Positions 55,130-64,000 of a stretch of 64,000 nucleotides of DNA are shown in pieces. Position numbers and translations under genes: made by a program. The stretch is from assembly GCA_028865035.1 (NCBI GenBank), contig JAGWLB010000001.1, forward strand, positions 6,673-70,672, in the 5' to 3' direction. The notes under the pieces were generated by a model. That model did not search any database. It was given only the letters and a program-made list of their open reading frames with translations, and was not told the origin of the DNA. Source of the DNA: Patescibacteria group bacterium. Its GTDB lineage: Bacteria > Patescibacteriota > Minisyncoccia > Phycocordibacterales > UBA9973. The stretch's first letter is position 1, and each line of letters starts with the position of its first letter.

Positions 55130-55978
55130 ATGAAAAAGATCATTGTAATCTTGTCTGCGATCCTATTCATAGGATTTCAGGCTAAAGCCCAACAGTATTT
55201 GCACTGGATTCAGTGGGTTAATGAACCCAACCATGTGGCAACTGCATCAGAACTTGGTGATATTGCTTATGCATTAAATGCAGGCAGTATTAATCCTAAA
55301 AATACATACAGGTTAAGCACAGGAGTTCTCTACAGAATTCCAAAACCGAACATGTACTTGGAATATTTGGTTAAGGTCTATCAAAAGATTGACCCTTCAA
55401 CAACCGCTTCAAATTTATATTTGAAAATAAAAAATGATGACGAAACAAATTGGGATAATAATCTCAATATGACCGTCAAAAACTATTATTTTTCAAGTGT
55501 TCATCACGAGGTTCGGTTTATATCGAACTACTCTGGGGTAAGCACACAGTGTCCTGTGTTGTTGCACAATGGGTATCCGACAATCAAAAGAGATTGCGGA
55601 AATCCACTTGAGAGTTACGGTACAGTTGGGTTAGAAACAACCACAGCCCCTGCACAAGTAGCTACAGAAAATAAGTACATACCTGTGGAAAATTACAACC
55701 CAGTTTTGCCTCAACAAAAGTATACTTTCACCAACCCAGTTTTGCCTCAACAAAAGGTAAAACACAAAAAATGGTGGATACTACCTTTAGTTGCAGTTGT
55801 TGTCGGTACTGGAACTTATATTGCTCTAACCGGAGGAAAATCTACAGCCAGTGGTAACCCCGGCGGAGCACCCTCAACAACTGGGAACAATGACCCCAGA
55901 GGGCCAGGCGGTGCACCCAGTACAACTGGAGTGCATGGATTTAGACCAAGCATAGTTGGTTTTAGAATCAGTTTTTAA
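55130..55978 (+). CDS. Secreted/membrane-anchored hypothetical protein with short internal repeats
   Basis: Signal peptide ending AKA, Cys pair with CGNP, NPVLPQQK twice (25-bp repeat at 55696 and 55732), TM segment, PGGAPSTTG twice. Confidence 0.75.
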   Translation: MKKIIVILSAILFIGFQAKAQQYLHWIQWVNEPNHVATASELGDIAYALNAGSINPKNTYRLSTGVLYRIPKPNMYLEYLVKVYQKIDPSTTASNLYLKIKNDDETNWDNNLNMTVKNYYFSSVHHEVRFISNYSGVSTQCPVLLHNGYPTIKRDCGNPLESYGTVGLETTTAPAQVATENKYIPVENYNPVLPQQKYTFTNPVLPQQKVKHKKWWILPLVAVVVGTGTYIALTGGKSTASGNPGGAPSTTGNNDPRGPGGAPSTTGVHGFRPSIVGFRISF

Positions 55979-56098
55979 AGAAATAATTAGGAGATGAAAA
56001 AATATTATTAACAAATAATACACATCTCCTACTTTTTTAAGTCTTTAACTTGTCGAAAGGTTGAAGGTTTAAAATTGTAAAGTTAATTATTAATCAGT

Positions 56099-58642
56099 AT
56101 GAAAAATTATATGAAAAAAATAATTGTCGGAATTTTTGCTTTTGCTTTACTTTTCGTATCGCAAAGCGCATTTGCTGCTGTTACTTGGAATACAGCATCA
56201 AATGATTGTAATAGTATTAGCATTATAAATGCTACAACAAGCCAAGGGTATCAGAATCCATGTTGGCCTCTTTCAACGGTCCAAGCCGATGCGAATGATA
56301 TGATCAACGTGCGAATTTATTATCATAATACAGGAGATCAGACTGCGACTAATACTCGTATTGTTCTAAGTGCTCCTACAGGTAGTTCTTCTACTACAAA
56401 ATCTTTCACAGGAAGAATTGTCTCAGATCAAGGCAGTTTGTCTTTTGGTCCAGTGACTGCAAACCTTTCGACTTCACAATCGATAAGTTTCTATTCAGCA
56501 AAATGGTATACGAATAATACCAGCCAGACACTAACACCGTTACTCGATGGTCAAAGTGGAAACGAAGTTCTCAACAGTAGTGGCTTGTCTATAGGTTCTA
56601 TCGCTCCAGGTTGGAGTACTCAAGGATCTGTTGTCATTGCTTTCAAGGTGAGTTCAACTTCTACAGTGCAAACTTGCCAAGACCCAAATGCTACAAACTA
56701 CGGAGGATCATTACCTTGTACTTATCCTCAAACATACTGTACAATTTCAAACTTCAACGCTAGTCCAGCTTCTATTACTTCAGGAGCAAGCTCAACTTTA
56801 ACTTGGAATACTAACAACTGTAATAATGTAAGTATCGCAAACATTGGTAGTGTAAATACTTCAGGTTCACAAATAGTTTACCCAAGTCAAACAACAACTT
56901 ATGTCTTAACCGCGTACGGAACAGGTGGTACTCAGAAAACACAAAGCACTACAGTCTATGTCCAACAGCCAACACAAAGTTGTTCGATAACAAACTTTAC
57001 TGCAAGTCCTACATATGTAAGTACTGGTGGTACTTCTACTCTAACTTGGAATACAACAGGTTGTACAACAGCGACTATTTCAAATCTAGGTTACAATGTT
57101 CCGGTTTCAGGTTCACAAGTTATTTACCCAACTCAGACAACGACTTACATTTTAACTGCGTATGGAACAAATGGCACTCAGCAAACACAAAGCGTGACTG
57201 TAAGTGTTAACCCTATCAACAACTGTTACATCAATAACTTCACTGCAAGTCCTACTTATGTTAACAATGGTGGTACTTCCACTTTAAACTGGAACACAAC
57301 AGGTTGTACAACGGTTACTATTTCAAACCTCGGTTACAATGTCCCAGTTTCAGGTTCACAAGTTATCTACCCAACTCAGACAACAACTTATACTTTAACC
57401 GCGTACGGAACAAGTGGTACCCAGCAAACACAAAGTGTGACGGTGAGTGTTAATCCTATCATCAACAACTGTTACATCAGTAACTTCACTGCTAATGGTT
57501 CATCTACTGCTCAGATAAATTCTGGTAGTGCTGTGAACATTGCTTGGAACACAACTGGTTGTACAACAGCCACTGTCTCAGGACCTGGTATGTACAGTAG
57601 TCTATTAAGTGGTTACCAAACAATTTATCCAACTTCTTCAGGAACTTACACCTTAACTGCTTATGGTTATAATAGTGGTACTCAGACACAGACTGTCTAT
57701 GTGAATGTAAATTCTGTTATTGTTCCACCACCTATCATTTACAACAATACTTGTGCTGTTACAACTGTTGCGACAAACGTAACAAAATACTCAGCTCAAC
57801 TTAATGGTCTTATCACCAACAACGGTCAAAATTCAAATGCATACTTCGAGTACGGTACAACCATTAATATGGGATCACGCTCACAAGGAGTCTTAGCAAA
57901 CGGACAGTTCAATGAAACAGTTTCTGGCCTTACTCCAGATACTATCTACTACTTCCGCGCTGTATCACAATGCCAGAACAGTACATCTTATGGAAAAATA
58001 GAAATATTTAACACACAAGATAATCAGATAGTAATACCAACACGACCTATCATAGTCCAAGGTACAACTGTCGTCGGTACACAATCACCAATAATGCTCA
58101 AGATTGAAGATCGTTACCAAGCAATCGGTGTCGGAGATACTGTAGACTACACTGTGTATTATAAAAATATTAGTAAGCTGCTATTAAGTAATCCCGTTGT
58201 CCAAGTCATAGTTCCTAAAGGTATCATTATCACTAATGCATCCGCTGGAACATATTCGAACGATACGAACACTCTGACAGTCCCATTGAATGATTTGCAT
58301 CCAGGACAAGACGGTGTTATCTATCTACAAGGACAAGTTGAATCTATTTCTTCAAATGTCGCACAGATAGTAACTACAGCAATCCTTGTCTACACTACTC
58401 CAAACGGAGCACAAGAAAATGCAATCGCTTATGTTCTAAATACTCCTAAAAATATTGTGAACGCTCTTGGAGCATCTGCATTCTGGTCAGGTTTCTGGGG
58501 TATGGGTATTATCGGATGGTTACTGCTTATAATATTAATTCTTCTTATTATTCTTATAACTCGAAGATACTATAATAATAAGTCAGTAGTTCATACAACA
58601 ACTCCATCAGGAACTCACACCACTACAACAACAAATTATTAA
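56099..58642 (+). CDS. Large Thr-rich surface protein: four tandem Ig-like repeats, FN3-like and DUF11-like domains, C-terminal TM anchor
   Basis: Signal peptide ending AFA, CQDPNATNY motif, repeats C.I.NF.A...W.T..C, LTPDTIYYFRAV, GDTVDYTVYYKN, C-terminal hydrophobic helix followed by RRYY. Confidence 0.85.
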   Translation: MKNYMKKIIVGIFAFALLFVSQSAFAAVTWNTASNDCNSISIINATTSQGYQNPCWPLSTVQADANDMINVRIYYHNTGDQTATNTRIVLSAPTGSSSTTKSFTGRIVSDQGSLSFGPVTANLSTSQSISFYSAKWYTNNTSQTLTPLLDGQSGNEVLNSSGLSIGSIAPGWSTQGSVVIAFKVSSTSTVQTCQDPNATNYGGSLPCTYPQTYCTISNFNASPASITSGASSTLTWNTNNCNNVSIANIGSVNTSGSQIVYPSQTTTYVLTAYGTGGTQKTQSTTVYVQQPTQSCSITNFTASPTYVSTGGTSTLTWNTTGCTTATISNLGYNVPVSGSQVIYPTQTTTYILTAYGTNGTQQTQSVTVSVNPINNCYINNFTASPTYVNNGGTSTLNWNTTGCTTVTISNLGYNVPVSGSQVIYPTQTTTYTLTAYGTSGTQQTQSVTVSVNPIINNCYISNFTANGSSTAQINSGSAVNIAWNTTGCTTATVSGPGMYSSLLSGYQTIYPTSSGTYTLTAYGYNSGTQTQTVYVNVNSVIVPPPIIYNNTCAVTTVATNVTKYSAQLNGLITNNGQNSNAYFEYGTTINMGSRSQGVLANGQFNETVSGLTPDTIYYFRAVSQCQNSTSYGKIEIFNTQDNQIVIPTRPIIVQGTTVVGTQSPIMLKIEDRYQAIGVGDTVDYTVYYKNISKLLLSNPVVQVIVPKGIIITNASAGTYSNDTNTLTVPLNDLHPGQDGVIYLQGQVESISSNVAQIVTTAILVYTTPNGAQENAIAYVLNTPKNIVNALGASAFWSGFWGMGIIGWLLLIILILLIILITRRYYNNKSVVHTTTPSGTHTTTTTNY
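56738..57712 (+). repeat. Four in-frame tandem repeats of about 243 bp
   Basis: Repeat-initial Cys codons at 56738, 56981, 57224 and 57470; units 2 and 3 are nearly identical in protein. Confidence 0.9.
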
Positions 58643-58648
58643 TAGAAG

Positions 58649-58677
58649 TAAAACACCCCGCTAGTCGGGGTGTTTTA
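58649..58677 (+). terminator. Intrinsic terminator
   Basis: taaaacaccccg-ctagt-cggggtgtttta. Confidence 0.85.
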
Positions 58678-58692
58678 TGTTAATATGTCTCT

Positions 58693-59130
58693 ATGGAAAT
58701 TATAGTGACCAAGAAGCAATTACCGAAAGTTGCACAAGATATTATTAAAAAAATTCACAAAATAAAAAGTGAAACGGCTACAGTTATCGCTCTTAAAGGG
58801 GATCTTGGAAGCGGTAAAACAACTCTAACTCAAGTGATTGCTCAGAAGCTTGGAGTCAAAGAAAACACTATCTCACCAACTTTCGTTATAATGAAGAAAT
58901 ACAAAATACTAGATAAGCAATTCGAAAATCTAATCCATATTGATGCTTATCGACTAAAAGAAAGCAGCGAGTTGCTTAACTTAGGTTGGCAGAAGCTCCT
59001 TGCGGACAAAAGTAATCTAATTATCATTGAGTGGCCTGAGCGAGTGCCAGAATGTATACCAGAGGGTGCCTATACGATAGAGCTTCATCATAAAGAAGAA
59101 AACACTAGACTACTGAAATCCAAGGATTGA
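58693..59130 (+). CDS. tsaE: tRNA t6A biosynthesis ATPase TsaE
   Basis: GDLGSGKTT, SPTF, HIDAYR, IEW motifs. Confidence 0.95.
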   Translation: MEIIVTKKQLPKVAQDIIKKIHKIKSETATVIALKGDLGSGKTTLTQVIAQKLGVKENTISPTFVIMKKYKILDKQFENLIHIDAYRLKESSELLNLGWQKLLADKSNLIIIEWPERVPECIPEGAYTIELHHKEENTRLLKSKD

Positions 59131-59204
59131 TTTTTTGTGAATTTGTGGTATTCTTTGTTTAAAGAATTAAGCAATATTGCACATCAAAATTAAAAGGAAA
59201 TCTC

Positions 59205-60305
59205 ATGTATCTATTAAGAAATAAGATATCAATAGGGATTATCCTCTATTTGATACCTCTTGGTTTTAATATTTTAGTCTTCAGATTTGCTTCTTGGTTG
59301 ATACAACCAGCATACAGTGTTAAGAATGGTTTAATAGCATACGGAATATTCAGTTTACTAATATGCATATCATTTATCAGCGGTTATCTGGTTGCCAAAC
59401 GCGGAGGAGTACAAAGATGGTGGATTAAATTTTCATTTGCTGTAATTGTATTTATACAATTTTTGCCAATACTATTATTGCTCGCGCCAATAGGAGCTTT
59501 AATTATTGAAATCAACAATCAGTTGTCAAAAATTAGTTCTAGTGTCAAAAACTCTAAAGTAGGATGCACTATTACATCAATTATTGCCGCAGTCTCTGCA
59601 TTCTCTGGATTACTTTTTATAGTAGAAAAAGGAAATGTAAAAACTGCAAAGCGTATAGGCAAAGCAGTTTTTGTAGCAACCCATTGGGGTTCTGGAGACT
59701 ATTTTGTCGCAGCTCTGCTTGCCATTTTCAGGAATTGGAGAGTTATGATTGGCGCCAATTTATGGAAATATTGGATATTTCATTGGTTTTTTAATGCTGT
59801 CGGCATTCCTATTGAAAGAGATGAAACAGCCGTTAGGGAACGAGTGAAAGCTATAATTAAAGCAAAAGCTTTTTTAGCAAAAATTAAAAAAGCAATATTA
59901 ATTGTGTTTATACAAGGAACACGAGAAAGGCATCCAGAGAACGGAGTTCATGATTCTAGAATAGGGGCATTCAAAATTGCTTGTGATCTAGGTGTTCCTG
60001 TTGTGCCAATAGTTATATTTAATACCAATAAATGGAGAAAGCCGGGTGAGCAAGATACAACTTCATACCTTAATGGGGATAAAAAAATAAGTAATATTAA
60101 AATTTTATTTAATATCTTACACCAATTTTTCAAAACAGGTATAAATCCCACAATTGTAAAGGTTGTATACGGTAATCCTATTTCTACAATCGGGAAAACG
60201 CCAGAACAAGTAAAAGTGGAAGTTGAATTTGTAATGAATAAAATTTATTTCCAAAAAAAGTCTAAAAAAAGACAATTATCAAGAAGTCAAACGGAGCTAT
60301 CATAG
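59205..60305 (+). CDS. PlsC-like lysophospholipid acyltransferase with N-terminal multi-TM extension
   Basis: HWGSGD (HX4D), IPIER, FIQGTR (for FPEGTR), GAFKIA...VPVVP. Confidence 0.75.
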   Translation: MYLLRNKISIGIILYLIPLGFNILVFRFASWLIQPAYSVKNGLIAYGIFSLLICISFISGYLVAKRGGVQRWWIKFSFAVIVFIQFLPILLLLAPIGALIIEINNQLSKISSSVKNSKVGCTITSIIAAVSAFSGLLFIVEKGNVKTAKRIGKAVFVATHWGSGDYFVAALLAIFRNWRVMIGANLWKYWIFHWFFNAVGIPIERDETAVRERVKAIIKAKAFLAKIKKAILIVFIQGTRERHPENGVHDSRIGAFKIACDLGVPVVPIVIFNTNKWRKPGEQDTTSYLNGDKKISNIKILFNILHQFFKTGINPTIVKVVYGNPISTIGKTPEQVKVEVEFVMNKIYFQKKSKKRQLSRSQTELS

Positions 60306-60343
60306 GCTCCGTTTTTTCATATTCAAAATGCTATAATCTTAGT

Positions 60344-62755
60344 ATGGCTAAGACTAAAAATACTAATAAAAGACTTGTTTTGCTTGATACTCACGCGATT
60401 ATTCATAGGGCTTATCATGCCTTGCCAGAGTTCACAAGCTCCAAAGGCGAACCAACAGGAGCTATTTATGGGTTGGCGACTATGCTTTTTAAGATTATCA
60501 CCGAGCTCAAACCCGACTACATAGTCGCTTGCTATGATCTACCAAAGAAAACTTTTCGACATGAAGCCTATGACAACTACAAAGCCGGTAGAGCCAAAAC
60601 TGACGGCGCGCTGGTGGCTCAGCTTATCCGTTCTCGTGATTTCTTCAGGGCATTATCTATACCGATGTATGAGTGCGAAGGATTTGAAGCCGATGATTTA
60701 CTTGGCACAATTACTGAGCATTTAAAAAAACAAAAAGATGTAGATATTATTATCGCTTCCGGTGATATGGATACCCTTCAACTTGTTGATGATAAGAAAG
60801 TTCAAGTCTACACCCTCAAGAAAGGTATCAATGACACAATTCTATACGATGAAGATAAAGTCAAAGAGCGATTTGGTTTTGACCCCAAATATTTACCAGA
60901 CTACAAAGGTTTGCGCGGTGACCCATCGGATAATATTATCGGCATCAAAGGTATCGGAGAGAAAACTGCTACAACCCTTATCTCAGAGTATGGCACGATA
61001 GAGAAAATGTATACCGCCATAAAGAAGACCCCAGAGAAAGTCAGAGATCTGGGTGTGACCGAGAGAGTTTTTAACCTACTTAAAGACGGCGAAGATGAAG
61101 CAATGTTTTCTAAAACCTTGGCTACTATCAGGCGTGATGCTCCTATCGACTTCAAGTTACCGAAAGATACTTGGCAGGAAGAAGTAAAGAATGAGAATGT
61201 CCTCGCATTTTTCCGAGAAATGGAATTTAAAAGTTTACAGAACCGATTTATAAATATTTTTCAAAAAGACGGAGAGGAAAATATCCAAAAGGATGTTGCT
61301 AGCGGTATAGACGAATCATCTATTGATCAAGAACAGTTGGCTCGTGCCAAGATCGCCCTCTGGCTTTTGAATTCCGAGAAGACAGACCCACACCTCGAAG
61401 ATGTACTAAACTATAAGAATAGTAAAACTTTCGAAGAGGCGTTGTCGCTTCTTGAATCAGATATTAAAAAAGAGAAACTCGACTATGTTTACCATAATAT
61501 CGAGATACCCATCATCCACACCATAGAGAATATGGAAAAAATAGGTATTAAAGTCGATGTTGCATATTTAAAGAAATTATCTAAAAACTACCATAAAGAA
61601 CTTTCTGAGATAGAGAAGAATATCTGGGAGATGGCCGGACGAGAATTCAATATAAATTCACCAAAGCAACTTGGCGAAATACTTTTTGATGAATTGAAAA
61701 TCCAAGAGATGGGGGACAAGAGTGCAAGGACAAGCGTAAAGAAAACAGCCGGAGGCGCAAGATCAACTCGCGAAAGTGAGCTAGAGAAACTCAAAGACAA
61801 GCATCCGATAATAGATGAGATATTAAAATATCGCGAACTACAAAAGCTACTTGGGACTTATATTGATACTATTCCAGAACAAGTAGCTAAAGACGGACGT
61901 CTACACGCTCACTTTATACAAGCAGGTACAACCACCGGACGATTCTCTTCGAACAATCCAAATCTTCAGAATATTCCTATCAAAACTGAGAAAGGGAAAA
62001 ACATTCGTAAAGGTTTTGTCGCCGAAGACGGCTATGTCTTAGTATCATTTGATTACTCGCAGATTGAGTTACGAATAGCGGCCCTGCTTTCTCAAGATCC
62101 ATACTTTATCAAAGCCTTCCAAGACGGCAAAGATATTCACCAAGCTGTGGCTATGAAAGTTTTCGGTGTCGATGAGAACAGTGTTACTTATGATATGCGC
62201 CGTCGGGCAAAGATTATTAACTTCGGAATGCTCTACGGTATGGGGGTAAATGCTCTTCGCCAGAACATCGGTACCGATCGCAAAGAAGCTCAGATTTTCT
62301 ACGATAATTACTTTGCTCAATTCCCGAACATTGTTGCTTATCTGGAAAGTATTAAAAATTTTGCTAAGAAGAATGGATACACTGAGACACTTTTCGGTCG
62401 CAAGCGTTACTTCCCAGGCATCCGTTCATCGATACCATTCATCCGAGCTATGGCCGAGCGCATGGCTATCAATGCCCCGATCCAAGGCACAGCGACTGCT
62501 GATGTCATAAAGATTGGTATGAAAAAAGCTGAAGATGAATTACAAAAAGCTGGTATTCTAGAGGATACAAGGCTTGTCCTACAAGTCCACGATGAGCTCG
62601 TTTATGAAATAAAGAAAAGCAAAGTAAATCAAGCTATGGGTATTATAGAGAATGCTATGAAGCAAGCCATACCTGGCGAATTCTTAGTTGGTTTAACCCC
62701 TGTGCCACTTGAAGTCTCATCAAACCAAGGCCTGACTTGGGGTGATTTGAAATAG
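60344..62755 (+). CDS. polA: DNA polymerase I (5'-3' exonuclease + polymerase; proofreading domain reduced)
   Basis: RAYHA, EADD, GDMD, GDPSDNI; TTTGRFSS.NPNLQNIP, DYSQIELR, AKIINFGMLYG, QVHDEL. Confidence 0.97.
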   Translation: MAKTKNTNKRLVLLDTHAIIHRAYHALPEFTSSKGEPTGAIYGLATMLFKIITELKPDYIVACYDLPKKTFRHEAYDNYKAGRAKTDGALVAQLIRSRDFFRALSIPMYECEGFEADDLLGTITEHLKKQKDVDIIIASGDMDTLQLVDDKKVQVYTLKKGINDTILYDEDKVKERFGFDPKYLPDYKGLRGDPSDNIIGIKGIGEKTATTLISEYGTIEKMYTAIKKTPEKVRDLGVTERVFNLLKDGEDEAMFSKTLATIRRDAPIDFKLPKDTWQEEVKNENVLAFFREMEFKSLQNRFINIFQKDGEENIQKDVASGIDESSIDQEQLARAKIALWLLNSEKTDPHLEDVLNYKNSKTFEEALSLLESDIKKEKLDYVYHNIEIPIIHTIENMEKIGIKVDVAYLKKLSKNYHKELSEIEKNIWEMAGREFNINSPKQLGEILFDELKIQEMGDKSARTSVKKTAGGARSTRESELEKLKDKHPIIDEILKYRELQKLLGTYIDTIPEQVAKDGRLHAHFIQAGTTTGRFSSNNPNLQNIPIKTEKGKNIRKGFVAEDGYVLVSFDYSQIELRIAALLSQDPYFIKAFQDGKDIHQAVAMKVFGVDENSVTYDMRRRAKIINFGMLYGMGVNALRQNIGTDRKEAQIFYDNYFAQFPNIVAYLESIKNFAKKNGYTETLFGRKRYFPGIRSSIPFIRAMAERMAINAPIQGTATADVIKIGMKKAEDELQKAGILEDTRLVLQVHDELVYEIKKSKVNQAMGIIENAMKQAIPGEFLVGLTPVPLEVSSNQGLTWGDLK

Positions 62756-62791
62756 TAGCCATAATGAATGTTCGGTGGTAGGATTAATTAT

Positions 62792-63301
62792 ATGGAGAAT
62801 AATATAGATACAAATACAGAAAATAAGAATGAAGAATTACACGAAGAGGGTATGGTTCACCTTATTCTTTCTCATTCATATACTACATTCCTACTCGCCG
62901 TTGTCATCGGTCTTATCTTAGATATAGTTATTCCTATAAATATTCTTCACGGAAACGTTTATGGGTACGTCGGAGCGGTGATGATTATCCTGGGGTCACT
63001 CATTATATATTGGGCCCAGTCGACATCGAGTACTACAAAAAAAGAAATGGAAGTAGAGAAGACAACTCGCAACTTTGCTGCTGGACCATACAAGTACACT
63101 CGCAATCCGACTCACGTCGGTCTGACTATTATGACTCTAGGTTTAGGTTTTCTTATTAACTCTATCTCTCTAATTGTTTTTGTCATCATTGCTTCCTTTA
63201 TTACAAAAGATATTTTCTTAAGAAAAGAAGAAGCTTTGCTAGAGAAAAAGTATGGCCAGCCATACACTGATTATAAAAAGAAAGTTCGCATTTGGATATG
63301 A
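62792..63301 (+). CDS. Isoprenylcysteine carboxyl methyltransferase / PEMT family membrane protein
   Basis: GPYKYTRNP, EEALL...YGQPY..YKKKV..W motifs and four TM segments; start ATG 62792. Confidence 0.85.
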   Translation: MENNIDTNTENKNEELHEEGMVHLILSHSYTTFLLAVVIGLILDIVIPINILHGNVYGYVGAVMIILGSLIIYWAQSTSSTTKKEMEVEKTTRNFAAGPYKYTRNPTHVGLTIMTLGLGFLINSISLIVFVIIASFITKDIFLRKEEALLEKKYGQPYTDYKKKVRIWI

Positions 63302-63936
63302 TCTATATACTTGTCGGTAACGATAATAAAAAAAAGAACGCACATATAAGAACACTTGATAAAGAAGGGGACATCACTTCTCTGTCTGACGGTGAAGTCT
63401 CGAGAGAAGTGCTAGAGAACTATGCTCAAGGTGTCAGTATGTTCGGCAAGCCACTGATTATCGTTACAGAAAATACTATTTCTAATGAAGAAATAAATCT
63501 AACGAAAGAAGATCTGAGCAGGCTAAAAGATTCTTTAAATATCTTTATTTTCAAAGAAGATAAGTTGTTGGCTGCCGAGCAGACCAAGCTTAAGAAATTC
63601 GCGGAGATTATCCGCTTTGAAACTAAAGAGAAAGCCAAACCTAAGCCAGATACTTTTGCTATTGCCAATGCTTTCGGTAGACACGACAAAGTAAATACTT
63701 GGGTCCTTTACCGGCAGGCCATAGAGTCGGGGGTCAGCCCTGAGGCAATATCGGGTATTCTTTTCTGGAAAGTTAAAACAATGCTACTGAATGGCATTAC
63801 CGGATCTAAAGGTTCAACCATCGATGATCTGAAAAAACAATCTGGAGAACTTGTCTCGCTATACCATCGGGCCCATCGAGGTGAGTGCGACCTTTCTATC
63901 GGCCTTGAGCAATTCATCTTATCTGCTCTATCTTAA
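63298..63936 (+). CDS. holA: Short DNA polymerase III delta (HolA)-like protein
   Basis: IYILVGND, SMFG, C-terminal LEQFIL; ATGA overlap with the previous stop. Confidence 0.6.
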   Translation: MIYILVGNDNKKKNAHIRTLDKEGDITSLSDGEVSREVLENYAQGVSMFGKPLIIVTENTISNEEINLTKEDLSRLKDSLNIFIFKEDKLLAAEQTKLKKFAEIIRFETKEKAKPKPDTFAIANAFGRHDKVNTWVLYRQAIESGVSPEAISGILFWKVKTMLLNGITGSKGSTIDDLKKQSGELVSLYHRAHRGECDLSIGLEQFILSALS

Positions 63937-64000
63937 TAGGAATAAGAAAAGGCCTAAGAGTTAATCATCTATTCATAAACTGAATAAATAAGTAGCTCTT

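Noticed and set aside
34419-55692. Isolated DnaA-box matches inside coding regions (about 34418 and 55684)
   Set aside because: Single 9-mers in AT-rich coding DNA are expected by chance and are not clustered
1422-63917. Numerous 60-190 aa ORFs antisense to or nested in core genes (e.g. 4181-4759, 27876-28292, 44942-45346, 54869-55057)
   Set aside because: Shadow ORFs on the opposite strand or frame of well-supported genes, or spanning promoter/terminator DNA, with no recognisable motifs
1-64000. CRISPR array, rRNA, IS transposase or known defence system
   Set aside because: No regularly spaced repeats, rRNA-like sequence or transposase/defence motifs were seen; the tandem repeats found are in-frame coding repeats

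Overview
AT-rich, gene-dense, origin-proximal chromosome segment. TGA is used as a stop codon, so this is the standard code. By inference it is a Patescibacteria/CPR (Parcubacteria-like) genome: trigger factor lacks its FKBP domain, Jag and HolA are shortened, there is a chromosomal PrgI/VirB4/VirB6 locus, there are almost no biosynthetic genes, and Shine-Dalgarno sites are rare. Core genes: nusA (3' part), ppa, tig, clpP, rny, HU, four tRNAs, CCA-adding enzyme, xth, a Xer-type recombinase, rpsO, pnp, DksA-like, comM, pcrA, rsmA, jag-yidC-yidD-rnpA-rpmH, dnaA-oriC-dnaN, class A PBP, tyrS, ruvC/ruvB, a PilB-type ATPase, tsaE, polA and holA-like. Most notable observations: (1) a 14.4 kb non-mobile T4SS-like locus containing a pilin-like region fused to a VanY/M15 peptidoglycan peptidase; (2) six parS-like 16-mers, five inside yraN and cca coding sequence, next to DnaA boxes about 36 kb from oriC; (3) an unannotated 6S-like ncRNA with a near-consensus promoter; (4) pervasive leaderless gene architecture, including genes that start right after a tRNA; (5) a large DHH-domain orphan, acidic microproteins, and several structured leaders and intergenic elements. 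All assignments are by eye from motifs; no database search was run.
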